Positions 18,830 through 28,773 are shown, counted from the stretch's first letter. The stretch: 53,449 bases of DNA from Candidatus Omnitrophota bacterium (GCA_043812495.1 JBDRMG010000001.1:1-53449), one strand, 5' to 3'. A program made the numbers and translations. Notes: generated from the sequence alone by a model not told the origin.

Positions 18830-19144
18830 ATGACAAAGAAAAGCGAAAACCAGATTATTGATGGCAAAATATTTGCTATTCTCTCATACATATCCATCCT
18901 ATGCATCATCCCCTTGGTCCTCAAGAAAGAAAATGATTTTGTCCTCTCTCATGGCAAGCAGGGTCTGGTGATTTTTATCGCACAGGTCGGTCTGTTCATC
19001 GCGAGCATTGTGTTTCCTTGGCTTTTAAAGCCAGGGTTCTTTGTCTTGGGTGTATTATCCTTATGGGGCATTATTGAGGTTCTGCGCGGGAATTATATTG
19101 AACTTCCTGTGGTTTTCGGCATCGCGAAGAAAATCACTTTATAA
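18830..19144 (+). CDS. Small membrane protein (DUF4870-like)
   Basis: AILSY..LCIIPL..NDFV..H.KQG, 3 TM. Confidence 0.7.
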   Translation: MTKKSENQIIDGKIFAILSYISILCIIPLVLKKENDFVLSHGKQGLVIFIAQVGLFIASIVFPWLLKPGFFVLGVLSLWGIIEVLRGNYIELPVVFGIAKKITL

Positions 19145-19165
19145 TCGCCCAACAACCTATCCTTT

Positions 19166-19759
19166 ATGATTTTCGGTCATCTCATCACATCTCTCAAAAA
19201 GAGTATTAAGAAAATCGTCAAAAGGAACCCCCGCCCTGCCAAAAAGAAAACCAGAAAGAAATCAAAGTCTGGCCGTTCAAAACCCCGTTTGAAAACAAAA
19301 AAACTTCGCGTTGTCAAAAAGAAAATCAAGAAAGTTAAACACTTTAAAAAGCGTCAAGGAAAGAAAAGGATTATCCCCAAGAAAAGAAGATTCAAGAAAA
19401 AAGCCAGAAAGAGAATCATCGGACAAAAGAGCACAAAACAACGCCGTCAATCTATTAAGCGAAAACCTCCGGATCAAGCACCAAGAATCAGCCAAAAAGC
19501 GAAATCTGAAGGACTATTGATTGGCGAGATCACTCATTACTTTTCGAAAATCGAAGTCTGTGTGATCAAAATGACCAACGGTCAAATGGCTCTGGGGGAT
19601 CGGATTAAAATCCAGGGGAGCACGTCCGATTTTATTCAGAAAGTCACATCGCTTCAGATCGAGAATTCAGATGTCCGTCTGGCCAGGAAAGGTCAGCTCG
19701 TCGGCATGAAAGTCAACTCCAAGTGCCGGGAGGGGAACCAAGTCTTTAAATTAAGTTAG
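19166..19759 (+). CDS. Lys/Arg-rich protein with C-terminal EF-Tu-domain-II/U32-C-like beta-barrel
   Basis: About 100 aa basic low-complexity region, then IGEITHYFSKI..GDRIKI.G..DF.QKV.SLQI..GQLVG. Confidence 0.7.
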   Translation: MIFGHLITSLKKSIKKIVKRNPRPAKKKTRKKSKSGRSKPRLKTKKLRVVKKKIKKVKHFKKRQGKKRIIPKKRRFKKKARKRIIGQKSTKQRRQSIKRKPPDQAPRISQKAKSEGLLIGEITHYFSKIEVCVIKMTNGQMALGDRIKIQGSTSDFIQKVTSLQIENSDVRLARKGQLVGMKVNSKCREGNQVFKLS

Positions 19760-19831
19760 CCCTTACACTCAAGAACACTATTGGAAGAGAGGAATATTCT
19801 GTGCTATGATTAAATGAGGAGGCATTACAAT

Positions 19832-19993
19832 ATGATAAAAAGCAAAAGAGCGCAGAGTATTGTGGAATATATGATTTTGATGACAGCGGTGATATTGGTC
19901 ATTCTGGCATTTGTGTACAAGGGGCCATTTCGCAAAGCCATTGATGATAGTTTTGATAGTATGATTGATATTATTGAAAATCTAGAGCAGTAA
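19832..19993 (+). CDS. Flp/Tad-type (class III signal peptide) pilin, 53 aa; absent from the ORF track
   Basis: MIKSKRA|QSIVEYMILMTAVILVILAF..; E at +5 and Y at +6, hydrophobic helix, SD GAGGAGG at 19816. Confidence 0.8.
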   Translation: MIKSKRAQSIVEYMILMTAVILVILAFVYKGPFRKAIDDSFDSMIDIIENLEQ

Positions 19994-20022
19994 GTACAGG
20001 CGCTGAAGGTTGAGGCAAAGGG

Positions 20023-20457
20023 ATGAATCAAAAACAAGATTGTGACGAACAAGGACTAATCCGTCGATATCTGATTTGGTGTTATAAGACAACAAAGGAA
20101 GATCTTGATAAGATCGACCGAAAATTCACTCAATGCGCGGTCGATCATTTTATTATAAAAGAAATGGAGAAGGCCAAGAAAAAAATTAAGAAGAGCACCG
20201 ACATCAACCACTATGTGCGGAATCTGGCCCAGTTTAAGCTCTACGCAGCCAATAAGCAAAAGAAAGCGGACCAGGAAAAATTTATTGATCAGAAAAAATC
20301 TTTACTGAATCCGAGTTATGTGTATCTTAAAACGCGCCTGAACGCCATCGAGAAATGTATCCAGGTTTTTCTTGGAAAAAAGGAATTACTTAAGGTAAAA
20401 TCTTACTATGAACAGGAGATGACCCGGCGTATTCTAAGCGCTAAAGAGCGCACATAG
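20023..20457 (+). CDS. Hypothetical helical protein
   Basis: 144-aa ORF in operon orientation; LIRRYLIWCYKTTKE.L..IDR.FTQ. Confidence 0.6.
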   Translation: MNQKQDCDEQGLIRRYLIWCYKTTKEDLDKIDRKFTQCAVDHFIIKEMEKAKKKIKKSTDINHYVRNLAQFKLYAANKQKKADQEKFIDQKKSLLNPSYVYLKTRLNAIEKCIQVFLGKKELLKVKSYYEQEMTRRILSAKERT

Positions 20458-20466
20458 TCCTTAACC

Positions 20467-21357
20467 ATGACCCAACCACAAGTCATCAATCAGAAAGACG
20501 GATTAACAGGTTTTCATACCAAGCAAGGGATGTATGAATATCTATCTACAAAAATGCAATCTGTTTATTCGCGCGCAGCGCGGCTGTCTGTCATTATTCT
20601 GGATTTGGATCATTTTAAAGGCATCAACGACTCCTTCGGGCATCTGGTCGGAGATGATGCCCTCAGGCATTTTTGCATGGCGATCAATCAGGCCCTGAGG
20701 GGCCGGCACTTCGTTGCGCGTTATGGCGGGGATGAATTTGTCATTGCCGTAGAAGATGTACCCGATGGCCGAGAAAGCCTGGAGATTGCCAAGCGCATCA
20801 AGCATTACCTTCGCAAAGAAAGATTCTATACACCCAAAGGGCATATTCGTCTGAAAACATCTATCGGGATCGCCCGCTTTCCCGAAGACGCTAAAACGCC
20901 GCGTGGCTTATTAGAAATCGCTGACCAAGCCATGTATTATGCCAAGACCCATGGCCGGGACAGGGTCATTACGTCACGATATCTCAAATTTTCCGTCAAA
21001 GATAAATTTTTGTCTTTTATTAAAATAGGGGTTGTGCTTGGCATCATCATCTTAGCTTTCTCAGCTTATCGGACGACGAAATCCTTCCGGGGTGTTGTAG
21101 GGTATTTTCAGAATATTTCTCAATGTGTAACATTTTCTATGCATGAAAAGCGGGAGAATTACAATTATACGACGGTTCATCTCAGAGACGGAAAGAAACT
21201 GGAAGGATGGGTTCTCAAGGAAGATGATGACAATATGGTCTTAACGATGAGCAAGCCAAAATTATATTTTAACCCGCTGCGCCTGGCCGTCGCGGTTGAA
21301 CCCATCACCATTCCCAAAGAAAAGATTGCCTCATCCATCAATGTCAAAAGAGAATAG
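20467..21357 (+). CDS. Diguanylate cyclase: N-terminal GGDEF, one TM, C-terminal extracytoplasmic domain
   Basis: DGLTG, DLDHFKGINDSFGHLVGD, ARYGGDEF, SIG, ADQAMY.AK..GRD. Confidence 0.9.
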   Translation: MTQPQVINQKDGLTGFHTKQGMYEYLSTKMQSVYSRAARLSVIILDLDHFKGINDSFGHLVGDDALRHFCMAINQALRGRHFVARYGGDEFVIAVEDVPDGRESLEIAKRIKHYLRKERFYTPKGHIRLKTSIGIARFPEDAKTPRGLLEIADQAMYYAKTHGRDRVITSRYLKFSVKDKFLSFIKIGVVLGIIILAFSAYRTTKSFRGVVGYFQNISQCVTFSMHEKRENYNYTTVHLRDGKKLEGWVLKEDDDNMVLTMSKPKLYFNPLRLAVAVEPITIPKEKIASSINVKRE

Positions 21358-21427
21358 TTTTCTCTTTTGGAACCTTGCCTCAGAAATATTTTTAAATTAA
21401 TAAATTGGGTCTACCTTTGAAGGGAAA

Positions 21428-21691
21428 CTAATAGCGATAATCAGAGCGGGGCTTACCTTCCTGATAACGAAACCATTTCATCTGTTCTTCGTAGTCATCC
21501 ATAAGTTTTTCGGTATCCTTTTTGGCCTCTGTCGCGATATGGTGTTGTTCCTCGCGCAGTGCTTGGCTTTGGGTCGTTTCTTGAATCGGAGAGGATTTGG
21601 CCTTATTGAGACCGGTCACAATGGTCAGAAAAACACCCCCGGCCCAGACAGCGAGAAAAATAAGAATAATGATGAGATATTCTTTCCACAT
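21428..21691 (-). CDS. Hypothetical single-TM protein
   Basis: N-terminal hydrophobic anchor; SD (AGAGGA) upstream on minus strand. Confidence 0.6.
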   Translation of the reverse strand: MWKEYLIIILIFLAVWAGGVFLTIVTGLNKAKSSPIQETTQSQALREEQHHIATEAKKDTEKLMDDYEEQMKWFRYQEGKPRSDYRY

Positions 21692-21883
21692 GGTTTCCTC
21701 TTAAATTATAGTTAGAAAATTCAGGAATGCAAATGGAAAGATGTATTCGAACAAAAACGAACAAAAACACCGCTCGTTTCAAAAGACCATGGAAACTCAG
21801 ACTTTTTGAAAACCCATTGATGCAGGAAGGGTTTTTTAGTACAATACCTTTACCGTGCAAACAAAAAAGTTTGAGCAATAATA

Positions 21884-21962
21884 TTGATTCGCTGCGCTTC
21901 TTGCTTTCGCAAGAAAGCAGCGGGGTTCAGTTCACCCGCCATTGAATCAGTGGCGGTTTCGT
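21884..21962 (-). repeat. Two-hairpin ATGA/GAATT element, copy 6 (degenerate)
   Basis: Minus strand: ACGA-A-ACCGCCACTGATTCAATGGCGGG-T-GAACTGA-ACCCCGCTGCTTTCTTGC-gaaa-GCAAGAAGCGCAGCG. Confidence 0.65.
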
Positions 21963-21976
21963 TAAAGGAGGGTCAA

Positions 21977-22300
21977 ATGAGTAAGGCGTATGATTTTAAG
22001 AAGGAATGGGAGACGATTAAGAAGAATCTGAAGATTTACGGAGACGAAGCTTTTAAATTGGCTAAAAAGGGTGAAAAAGAAATGATCCGCATTTCCAAAG
22101 AAGGAAAATTGCGTTTCGATTCCGCCGCTCTCAATTTAAAACAAGAACAGTTGTATTACATGATCGGCAAAGAATACATGAAAGCCAAATGCCCCGGATC
22201 CAAGAATGCCAAACTCAAGAAATTGATCGATGAATTTCAAAAAGCCGGTAAAGAAAAGAAAACCTTGGACAAGAAAATAAATAAATCAGAGAAGAAATAA
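21977..22300 (+). CDS. Hypothetical basic helical protein
   Basis: ATG at 21977 after AAGGAGG; upstream extension in the track is repeat sequence. Confidence 0.7.
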   Translation: MSKAYDFKKEWETIKKNLKIYGDEAFKLAKKGEKEMIRISKEGKLRFDSAALNLKQEQLYYMIGKEYMKAKCPGSKNAKLKKLIDEFQKAGKEKKTLDKKINKSEKK

Positions 22301-23001
22301 TGGTCGCCTTCGATAGCCCGGTCTTCAAGTTGGTCGTTTGGGGTACGGCAATATTGATCACTCCTTGCATGACTCATGATTTTGTCTACGCCCAGGACGC
22401 GCAACGCCCAATTGAAATATACACAGACGGCAAAGGCTACGATTCTTTAGAGGAATATAGAAAAGACAGAGAATCGTTACAGGGAAGTCAACAGGAAGCA
22501 TCCGCGCCTGAAATTCCACCTGATATTTCTGCGAATCCGGGCTTAGGGGGGCAGGCCGACGGGCCGTTAAATGCAGAAGCTATCATAAAAAAGCTTTTGC
22601 GGGATCCGGCGAATAATCCACAGCAAATCAATAAAGAGCAAATCATGAAAGCGATCTATGAGCAAAAGAATGGTGAACTGTCGAAGGACCAACCGGGACT
22701 TGATCCGATAGAACTCCAGAAACTTCTTCAGCAAGTCTTAGACGCATTGCAAGCCTCTCAGCAAACCGCTAGCGATTCATCATTGAAAGTTCAACAAAAT
22801 CCGGATGATTTTGGTAAAGTTCTTAATCCTTTCCCTCCTGAGCAGTATCCTTTGGACATGGAGGCCGATCCCGAGCTTAATCCACCCATTGACCAAGATG
22901 AGGAATCAGCGCCTTTAAGTCCAGATTCTTTTGACGAGGATGTGGAATATCAAAGCACGTCAAAAGATTTAAGAACGATATTAGAGCAAAGAGTGCCTTA
23001 A
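22300..23001 (+). CDS. Hypothetical exported Pro/Gln/Asp-rich protein
   Basis: Signal-like N-terminus ending VYA-Q; TAATG overlap with previous gene. Confidence 0.6.
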   Translation: MVAFDSPVFKLVVWGTAILITPCMTHDFVYAQDAQRPIEIYTDGKGYDSLEEYRKDRESLQGSQQEASAPEIPPDISANPGLGGQADGPLNAEAIIKKLLRDPANNPQQINKEQIMKAIYEQKNGELSKDQPGLDPIELQKLLQQVLDALQASQQTASDSSLKVQQNPDDFGKVLNPFPPEQYPLDMEADPELNPPIDQDEESAPLSPDSFDEDVEYQSTSKDLRTILEQRVP

Positions 23002-23009
23002 GAAATTCA

Positions 23010-23897
23010 ATGTCTGAGAGAAAAAAGGTCGATTATTATGAAGTGGCCCTTAAGGGGCCATCTTCGCTATTAGGGGCCGATGCCATTGCTCGACGATGCC
23101 TGGAAGTTATCGGGATCAAACCGGGGCAAATCATACATTGTGACAATGGCTTTATTTTTACTGTTGCCACATACCTAAAATCATTTCGTCAGGCTCAGGA
23201 CATCAAAAGCAAGCTTCGTAGGCTCAAACTCAAAAAGGTCGCCGTTCACATAAAAACCCTATCAAAAAAAGACTGGCGTGACCAATGGAAGGAGACATTC
23301 CATACTTTTTCGTTAACGAAAAATATCGACGTTATTCCTATTTGGGAAAAAAAGCGTTATCGCAACAGAAGAAAAATACCGATTGTTCTTGATCCGGGAA
23401 ATGCCTTCGGAACAGGACTGCATGAGACAACGCGTTTTATGGTGGAACTGATCGAACAGTGCCGGGGTCAATTCAAAGACTTTCTGGACCTAGGTTCCGG
23501 TACGGGCATCCTTGCAATTGCGGCTCATCGGTTGGGCGCCACAAAAGTTGAAGCTATTGACAGTAATCGGGATTGCTCGAACATCACACAAAAGAATCTA
23601 CAAATCAACGATTGCGCAAATAGTCAGTCGAGGAGCATGGACCTGACCCGATGGATAACAAGAAAGCATTTTGATTTTGTAGCCGCTAACCTGATTACGC
23701 ATGAGCTTATTCGCTTAAAGAAAAAAATTGTTTCCTTGGTCCGGCCCGGACAATTCCTTGCCGTATCCGGCGTGGCCTGTGAAAATCTGGATATCTTTAA
23801 GAAAGCCTATAGAGGCTTGCCTGTTCGTACGGTTCGCATTCTTCAAGGAAAACAGTGGGCGGCTATTTTATTTAGAAAAAACAAGAAAGCTCGATAA
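23010..23897 (+). CDS. prmA: Ribosomal protein L11 methyltransferase
   Basis: DW..QWK, LDPGNAFGTGLHETT, LDLGSGTGILA, ANL, SG. Confidence 0.9.
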   Translation: MSERKKVDYYEVALKGPSSLLGADAIARRCLEVIGIKPGQIIHCDNGFIFTVATYLKSFRQAQDIKSKLRRLKLKKVAVHIKTLSKKDWRDQWKETFHTFSLTKNIDVIPIWEKKRYRNRRKIPIVLDPGNAFGTGLHETTRFMVELIEQCRGQFKDFLDLGSGTGILAIAAHRLGATKVEAIDSNRDCSNITQKNLQINDCANSQSRSMDLTRWITRKHFDFVAANLITHELIRLKKKIVSLVRPGQFLAVSGVACENLDIFKKAYRGLPVRTVRILQGKQWAAILFRKNKKAR

Positions 23898-23898
23898 C

Positions 23899-24327
23899 AT
23901 GATGACGTTTGGATTATCCAAAGAGAAAGAAAAGGCCCTGATCGATCGCATGCAGGCTTTGCATGTCCAAGAAAGCGATTTTCAGGAATCTTTCATTCGT
24001 TCATCCGGGCCTGGCGGTCAAAATGTCAACAAGGTGTCAACGTGCGTTTATCTGGTCCATCGGCCCACAGGCCTATCGGTTAAATGCCAAAAAGAACGAT
24101 CCCAGGCCTTGAATCGTTTTTTGGCCCGTCACTCTCTATTAAATGAGATCGAAAGGCGAAAGAAACGAGCGATCCAAGAGGAAAGACAGCGGTTCGAAAA
24201 GGTACGCCGACAAAAAAGAAAACGTTCCAAACGGGCCAAAGAGAAAATGCTCGAAGAAAAACGACATCGAACCAAAAAGAAAGAAACGCGTCGAAAAATA
24301 CAATTCAATAAACTGGATAACCTTTAG
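23899..24327 (+). CDS. ArfB/YaeJ-like peptidyl-tRNA hydrolase (ribosome rescue)
   Basis: FIRSSGPGGQNVNK, HRPTG, RSQ.LNR, basic C-tail; start placed at ATG 23899. Confidence 0.88.
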   Translation: MMTFGLSKEKEKALIDRMQALHVQESDFQESFIRSSGPGGQNVNKVSTCVYLVHRPTGLSVKCQKERSQALNRFLARHSLLNEIERRKKRAIQEERQRFEKVRRQKRKRSKRAKEKMLEEKRHRTKKKETRRKIQFNKLDNL

Positions 24328-24348
24328 CCTGGCGGTCAAGTCAACTCC

Positions 24349-25554
24349 ATGATCCTAGCCCAGCAAGCCCTTCAAATTATTCTTAGACACACCAACGTTC
24401 GTCTCAAAGAAGATTGCAACTTTCTCGCATCTCTCGGGAGAACCTTGGCTCAAGATGTCAAATCAAAGAATGATCTTCCCGCTTTTGATCGTTCTCTGCG
24501 GGATGGTTTTGCCTTGCGCAGCGTTGATACGCGTAACGCAAACCCAAAAAATCCACTTTGCTTTCGTTTAATCGATACGGTTTTTGCCGGAAAGCCTTCA
24601 AGAAAAAGAATTGGGCCCAAAGAGGCGATCCGGATTATGACGGGCGGCGTGATTCCCAAAGGAGCTGACGCCGTCATTATGAAGGAAGATACCCGCCTTG
24701 AAGGCCAGCAGGTGAACATTTTAGAATCCGTTAAGAAAAAGGAGAATATCGCTTTTCAGGGAGAGGATATAAAGAAAAACAAAACGATTATCCCTGAAGG
24801 GACCGTTATCCATCCCGGAATCATTTCCTTGTTGGCATGTCTCGGCCAAGCGCATGTCCGAGTTTTTCGGAAACCCACGGTAGCCATTCTTGCGACAGGA
24901 AATGAATTGATTGGTTTGAAGAAGAAACCAAAGCAAGGCCAGGTGCGCAGTTCCAACCAGTATGCCCTTTTTGCTCAAATCCTTCAGTGCGGCGCTCAAC
25001 CGATTATTCTTGGGATAGCGAAGGATAGCCCTCAAGAATTGATAAAGAAAATAAAGCAAGGACTCAAGAGCGATATGCTCCTAGTATCCGGTGGAGTTTC
25101 CGTCGGCGAGTCGGATTTTGTTCCGTTAGTCCTCAAACAACTGAAGGCAAGAATTGTATTTCATAAAGTGGCCATCAAGCCCGGGAAACCTCTGCTTTTT
25201 GCACACCTGGGAAAGACCCTGATTTTTGGGCTGCCGGGCAATCCTGCATCGACCATGGTTTCCTTCAACAAATTTGTCCGGCCGTGTCTTGCGAAAATGA
25301 GCGGACAAAAATCTTTTTGCGAAAAGAGCGCTCAAGCGATTCTTGCCCAGGATGTTCACGAGGAAAAAGAACGGCGAAAGGTCATGCGTGGCCTAGCGTT
25401 TGAGAAAAACGGACAACTCTATGTCCGGCTTGCTCATCATCAAGGCTCGGGAAATATCCTTTCGATGGCAGGCGGGAACTGTCTTTTTGAAATCAAAGAA
25501 GGGGTCCGAGAATTAAGCAAGGGAACAAGGGTCAAAATCACTTATCTTTGGTAA
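24349..25554 (+). CDS. moeA: Molybdopterin molybdotransferase
   Basis: PAFDRS..DGFA, RIMTG, TGNEL, SGGVSVG..D, IKPGKP, LPGNP. Confidence 0.93.
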   Translation: MILAQQALQIILRHTNVRLKEDCNFLASLGRTLAQDVKSKNDLPAFDRSLRDGFALRSVDTRNANPKNPLCFRLIDTVFAGKPSRKRIGPKEAIRIMTGGVIPKGADAVIMKEDTRLEGQQVNILESVKKKENIAFQGEDIKKNKTIIPEGTVIHPGIISLLACLGQAHVRVFRKPTVAILATGNELIGLKKKPKQGQVRSSNQYALFAQILQCGAQPIILGIAKDSPQELIKKIKQGLKSDMLLVSGGVSVGESDFVPLVLKQLKARIVFHKVAIKPGKPLLFAHLGKTLIFGLPGNPASTMVSFNKFVRPCLAKMSGQKSFCEKSAQAILAQDVHEEKERRKVMRGLAFEKNGQLYVRLAHHQGSGNILSMAGGNCLFEIKEGVRELSKGTRVKITYLW

Positions 25555-25573
25555 AATAGAAGTGGTTAAAGAG

Positions 25574-26047
25574 ATGAAAAAAAAGAGACAGACTAAGGTT
25601 TCTGAGCAAATGGTTGATATTGGTGACAAAAAGATGACCCGGCGTCGGGCCGTTGCGTGCGCACAAATCAAAATGAGTCCGAAGGCCATGTCAGCGTTAA
25701 TAAATAAGAAGTCCCCCAAAGGAGACGTTCTTAAAATAGCTAAAATCGCGGGGATTATGGCGGCCAAGGCCACAAGCAACATCATTCCTCTGTGTCATCC
25801 TTTGCCGATTAGTCACGTGGATATGGATTTTAAGATTGAGCCCAAAGCATACTGTGTCCGGATCACTTCTTGCGTTAAATGTCGGGGCCGTACAGGTGTT
25901 GAAATGGAGGCTCTGACAGCAGTGAGCATTGCCGCGTTAACGATTTATGATATGATGAAATGGATGGACAAAGGCATTGTGATTGCCGACATCAAGCTGC
26001 TTGAAAAAAGCGGCGGTAAAAGCGGTTACTACAAAAGATCTCAGTAA
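25574..26047 (+). CDS. moaC: Cyclic pyranopterin monophosphate synthase
   Basis: MVDI, KGDVL, AGIMAAK, IPLCHP, TGVEMEAL, YDM.K, KSGGKSG; alternative GTG start at 25562. Confidence 0.95.
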   Translation: MKKKRQTKVSEQMVDIGDKKMTRRRAVACAQIKMSPKAMSALINKKSPKGDVLKIAKIAGIMAAKATSNIIPLCHPLPISHVDMDFKIEPKAYCVRITSCVKCRGRTGVEMEALTAVSIAALTIYDMMKWMDKGIVIADIKLLEKSGGKSGYYKRSQ

Positions 26048-26066
26048 GAAATTAAGAAAAGGAAAA

Positions 26067-27680
26067 ATGGATAATACCATTTCACCATCCATTCGCCGGC
26101 CGATCATTACCCTAGTGATTTTTTTGTCGCTTGTTGGCGTAGGATTGCGCTTTTATCATATTACCAGCAACGATTTTGTCTTTTATGATGAAGGTCTTTA
26201 TCTGAATCACAGCCGAAACCTTCTTGAGCTCATCGAGCAGCATTTTCCTCAAAATATTTCAGATTGCCGAAAGGTTGTCAACCTCTGGTTTAAATCATCT
26301 TTGTCTATGACAAAGGTTTTATGGGTGATGGTCTCCGACATTCGTGTATTTTGGGGCGGTTTAAGCGACTGGTTTTTTCCTCGCGTGATTTCCGCGTGCG
26401 CCGGATGCCTAACGCTTTTGTTGACGTTTCGGTTTGCTAAAAAATATTTTTCATCGAATGAAATTGGTACTTTGAGTCTTCTTTTTCTGGCCTTGTTGCC
26501 TAGCCATGTTTTTTATTCGCGACTGGCTCTTCAGGAGGCCCTTTGCACGCTGTTTTTCCTTGGGGGTTTTTATCTCTATCTTTTTCCAAGAACCTTTGGC
26601 CTGAGGACATTCTTGTCAGCTCTGTGTTTTGCATGCGCCTTTATGACGAATTATCGCGTAATTTTTATTCCGCTTTTTGTTTTATTGACCGAAACTTTTG
26701 TGTGCGCAACGAGTCGCGCGACATGGAATTTGCGGAAATATCTTTGGAATACGCTGACTTTCCTTTTGATTATTGTTCTGGTGGGCAACCTTGAAGGTGG
26801 GCGCAATAGCCGCGTTGTTTTTGGATGGATGTTTGTTCAGGCGCATTCTGCGTCAGAGACCTTTAGCGCTTTTAATCTCTTGTCCTACCCCTATTATATT
26901 TTTAGATTGGAAAACCCGCTCTTGGGTTTGCTTTTCTTTGGCAATATAACCTATTTTGCTTGCAGAGAATATAAAAAACTTCTCCCGTTTCTTCTTGTAT
27001 GCTTGCAAATGTTGATTTTTTCCTTAGCCGAAGAAAAGGGAGCGAGATATCTTTGTATCGTTACGCCCTTTATGGCTATCGCATGCGCCTCTTTGGCTGT
27101 GGATCTTTTTCAAAAATATCAATCGAAAATATTAAGACTGTCCCTTGGTCTTTTTGTCATGTTAACCTTATTAATGCTTTGCCATAAATCAATTGCTTTG
27201 GCTCGCTCTCATAGCGATTATGAATCTTCGATTCGCTATATCCGCCAACTCGACCCTCAGGCCAAAATTTTATCGACACAACCGAAAATTCAGAATCTTT
27301 ATACGAGCAAATCAGACGTCGAGGGTGTTCCTAAAAAATTCCCGTTTTTCTTGCACTTTTATGCGCAAGGGTTTCAATATCTCGTTATCGATCCTCAGGT
27401 CTATGTGTCATGGGCCGACGGAGATATGCGATTTAACACCAAGCTTATCGGCTATATGAATTTTATTGTCCGGCAGGTCAAGCCTTTAAGGGTATTTCCC
27501 CATTTTTCCAAAGACCTTCTAGAACGCTTTGTCTTTGAACACAGCACGAACTTGCGACGCTCGATCCGCTTTCTAAACGCCCGCGATTATCCCTATGGGA
27601 CCTTATCGGTTTATAGTATCAGAGACTGCATTGATACCGTTAACGAGCGCATTGGATTTCACCGGTCCCAGGAAAAATAA
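26067..27680 (+). CDS. GT-C (PMT/ArnT-like) membrane glycosyltransferase
   Basis: LRFY..DFVFYDEGLY, P.HVFYSR..E, RYL..P, more than 10 TM; ATG at 26067. Confidence 0.75.
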   Translation: MDNTISPSIRRPIITLVIFLSLVGVGLRFYHITSNDFVFYDEGLYLNHSRNLLELIEQHFPQNISDCRKVVNLWFKSSLSMTKVLWVMVSDIRVFWGGLSDWFFPRVISACAGCLTLLLTFRFAKKYFSSNEIGTLSLLFLALLPSHVFYSRLALQEALCTLFFLGGFYLYLFPRTFGLRTFLSALCFACAFMTNYRVIFIPLFVLLTETFVCATSRATWNLRKYLWNTLTFLLIIVLVGNLEGGRNSRVVFGWMFVQAHSASETFSAFNLLSYPYYIFRLENPLLGLLFFGNITYFACREYKKLLPFLLVCLQMLIFSLAEEKGARYLCIVTPFMAIACASLAVDLFQKYQSKILRLSLGLFVMLTLLMLCHKSIALARSHSDYESSIRYIRQLDPQAKILSTQPKIQNLYTSKSDVEGVPKKFPFFLHFYAQGFQYLVIDPQVYVSWADGDMRFNTKLIGYMNFIVRQVKPLRVFPHFSKDLLERFVFEHSTNLRRSIRFLNARDYPYGTLSVYSIRDCIDTVNERIGFHRSQEK

Positions 27681-27683
27681 GTT

Positions 27684-28706
27684 ATGAAGAAATATTACGT
27701 AATTTTCTTTTTTGTCATTTTGATTTTGGCGGGCATTATTTTTTATCTTCAGCAGCCTCGCTTACACAAATATTCCGAGTCAAAACTTTTGTTAGGAACA
27801 ATTGTCAAGATCGATGTCTGCGTGACAAGGCAGCAAAGGAAAAACCTTGATTTTGTCTTTCAGGAAGTCTGGAAAAGAATCGAAGATATTCACGAGCGCA
27901 TGGGGGAAGAGGGGGTTCTAAGCGAAGTCAGGCGTATCAACTTGGCGCAGAGTCAGGCGACAAAGCTCCAGTCAGATACTTATGGCCTGTTGCGAATGGC
28001 CGTTGATTATAGTCAGTCGACCCAAGGGGCCTTTGATGTGACGGTTTTGCCGCTTTTAGAGATATGGAGAAAAGCGGCCAAAATCAATCGATTACCCGAG
28101 AAGAGAGATATCAGCGAAGCGAGGAAAGACGTTGGATTTGCTTATATTAAATTTTTGCCTCCCGATAAAATACGCTTAACCAATAAGAATTCAAAAATTG
28201 TCTTGGGAGCTGTCGCTAAAGGTTATGCGGTCGATGAGGCTGCCCGCCTATTAAGAAAAAACGGTTTTTATCATTTTCTGATTGATGCCGGCGGCGATCT
28301 TTATGCGAGCGGAAACAACGACGAAAATTTGCGGTGGCGTATCGGCATCCGTCATCCCCTTATAAAATCAGAAATGATCGATAGGATGGATTTGAGTTAC
28401 GCAGCGATCACGACGTCCGGTGATTATGAACAATATTTTGAGATTCAAGGACAAAAATATTCCCACATCATTGATCCGAAGACGGGTTATCCCACAGGGC
28501 GAGTCGTCAGCGCAACCGTGATCGCACCGACGACGACAGAAGCGGACATTCTTTCCACAGCTCTTTGCGTCTTGGACCCCGAGAAAGGAATTGCTTTCAT
28601 CGATTCCTTGGGGGATGGTTTCTCGGCTCTTATTTTTGAGAAAAATCAAGACGGAGATTTGGTCCGCTTCCAGAGTCGCGCCTATGAGAAATTCAAGGCG
28701 AAGTAG
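27684..28706 (+). CDS. apbE: FAD:protein FMN transferase
   Basis: T.GAFDVT, LGAVAKGYAVD, AGGD, TSGDYEQ, HIIDP.TG. Confidence 0.93.
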   Translation: MKKYYVIFFFVILILAGIIFYLQQPRLHKYSESKLLLGTIVKIDVCVTRQQRKNLDFVFQEVWKRIEDIHERMGEEGVLSEVRRINLAQSQATKLQSDTYGLLRMAVDYSQSTQGAFDVTVLPLLEIWRKAAKINRLPEKRDISEARKDVGFAYIKFLPPDKIRLTNKNSKIVLGAVAKGYAVDEAARLLRKNGFYHFLIDAGGDLYASGNNDENLRWRIGIRHPLIKSEMIDRMDLSYAAITTSGDYEQYFEIQGQKYSHIIDPKTGYPTGRVVSATVIAPTTTEADILSTALCVLDPEKGIAFIDSLGDGFSALIFEKNQDGDLVRFQSRAYEKFKAK

Positions 28707-28773
28707 AATAAAGTAAATACAGCGCGCGCAAAGCTTTTTTTGTTATAATAAAACCTTCTAAAGGAGTCCGATC

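Noticed and set aside
19825..20052. Minus-strand 75-aa ORF
   Set aside because: Antisense shadow of the pilin gene, which has the SD and a recognisable motif.
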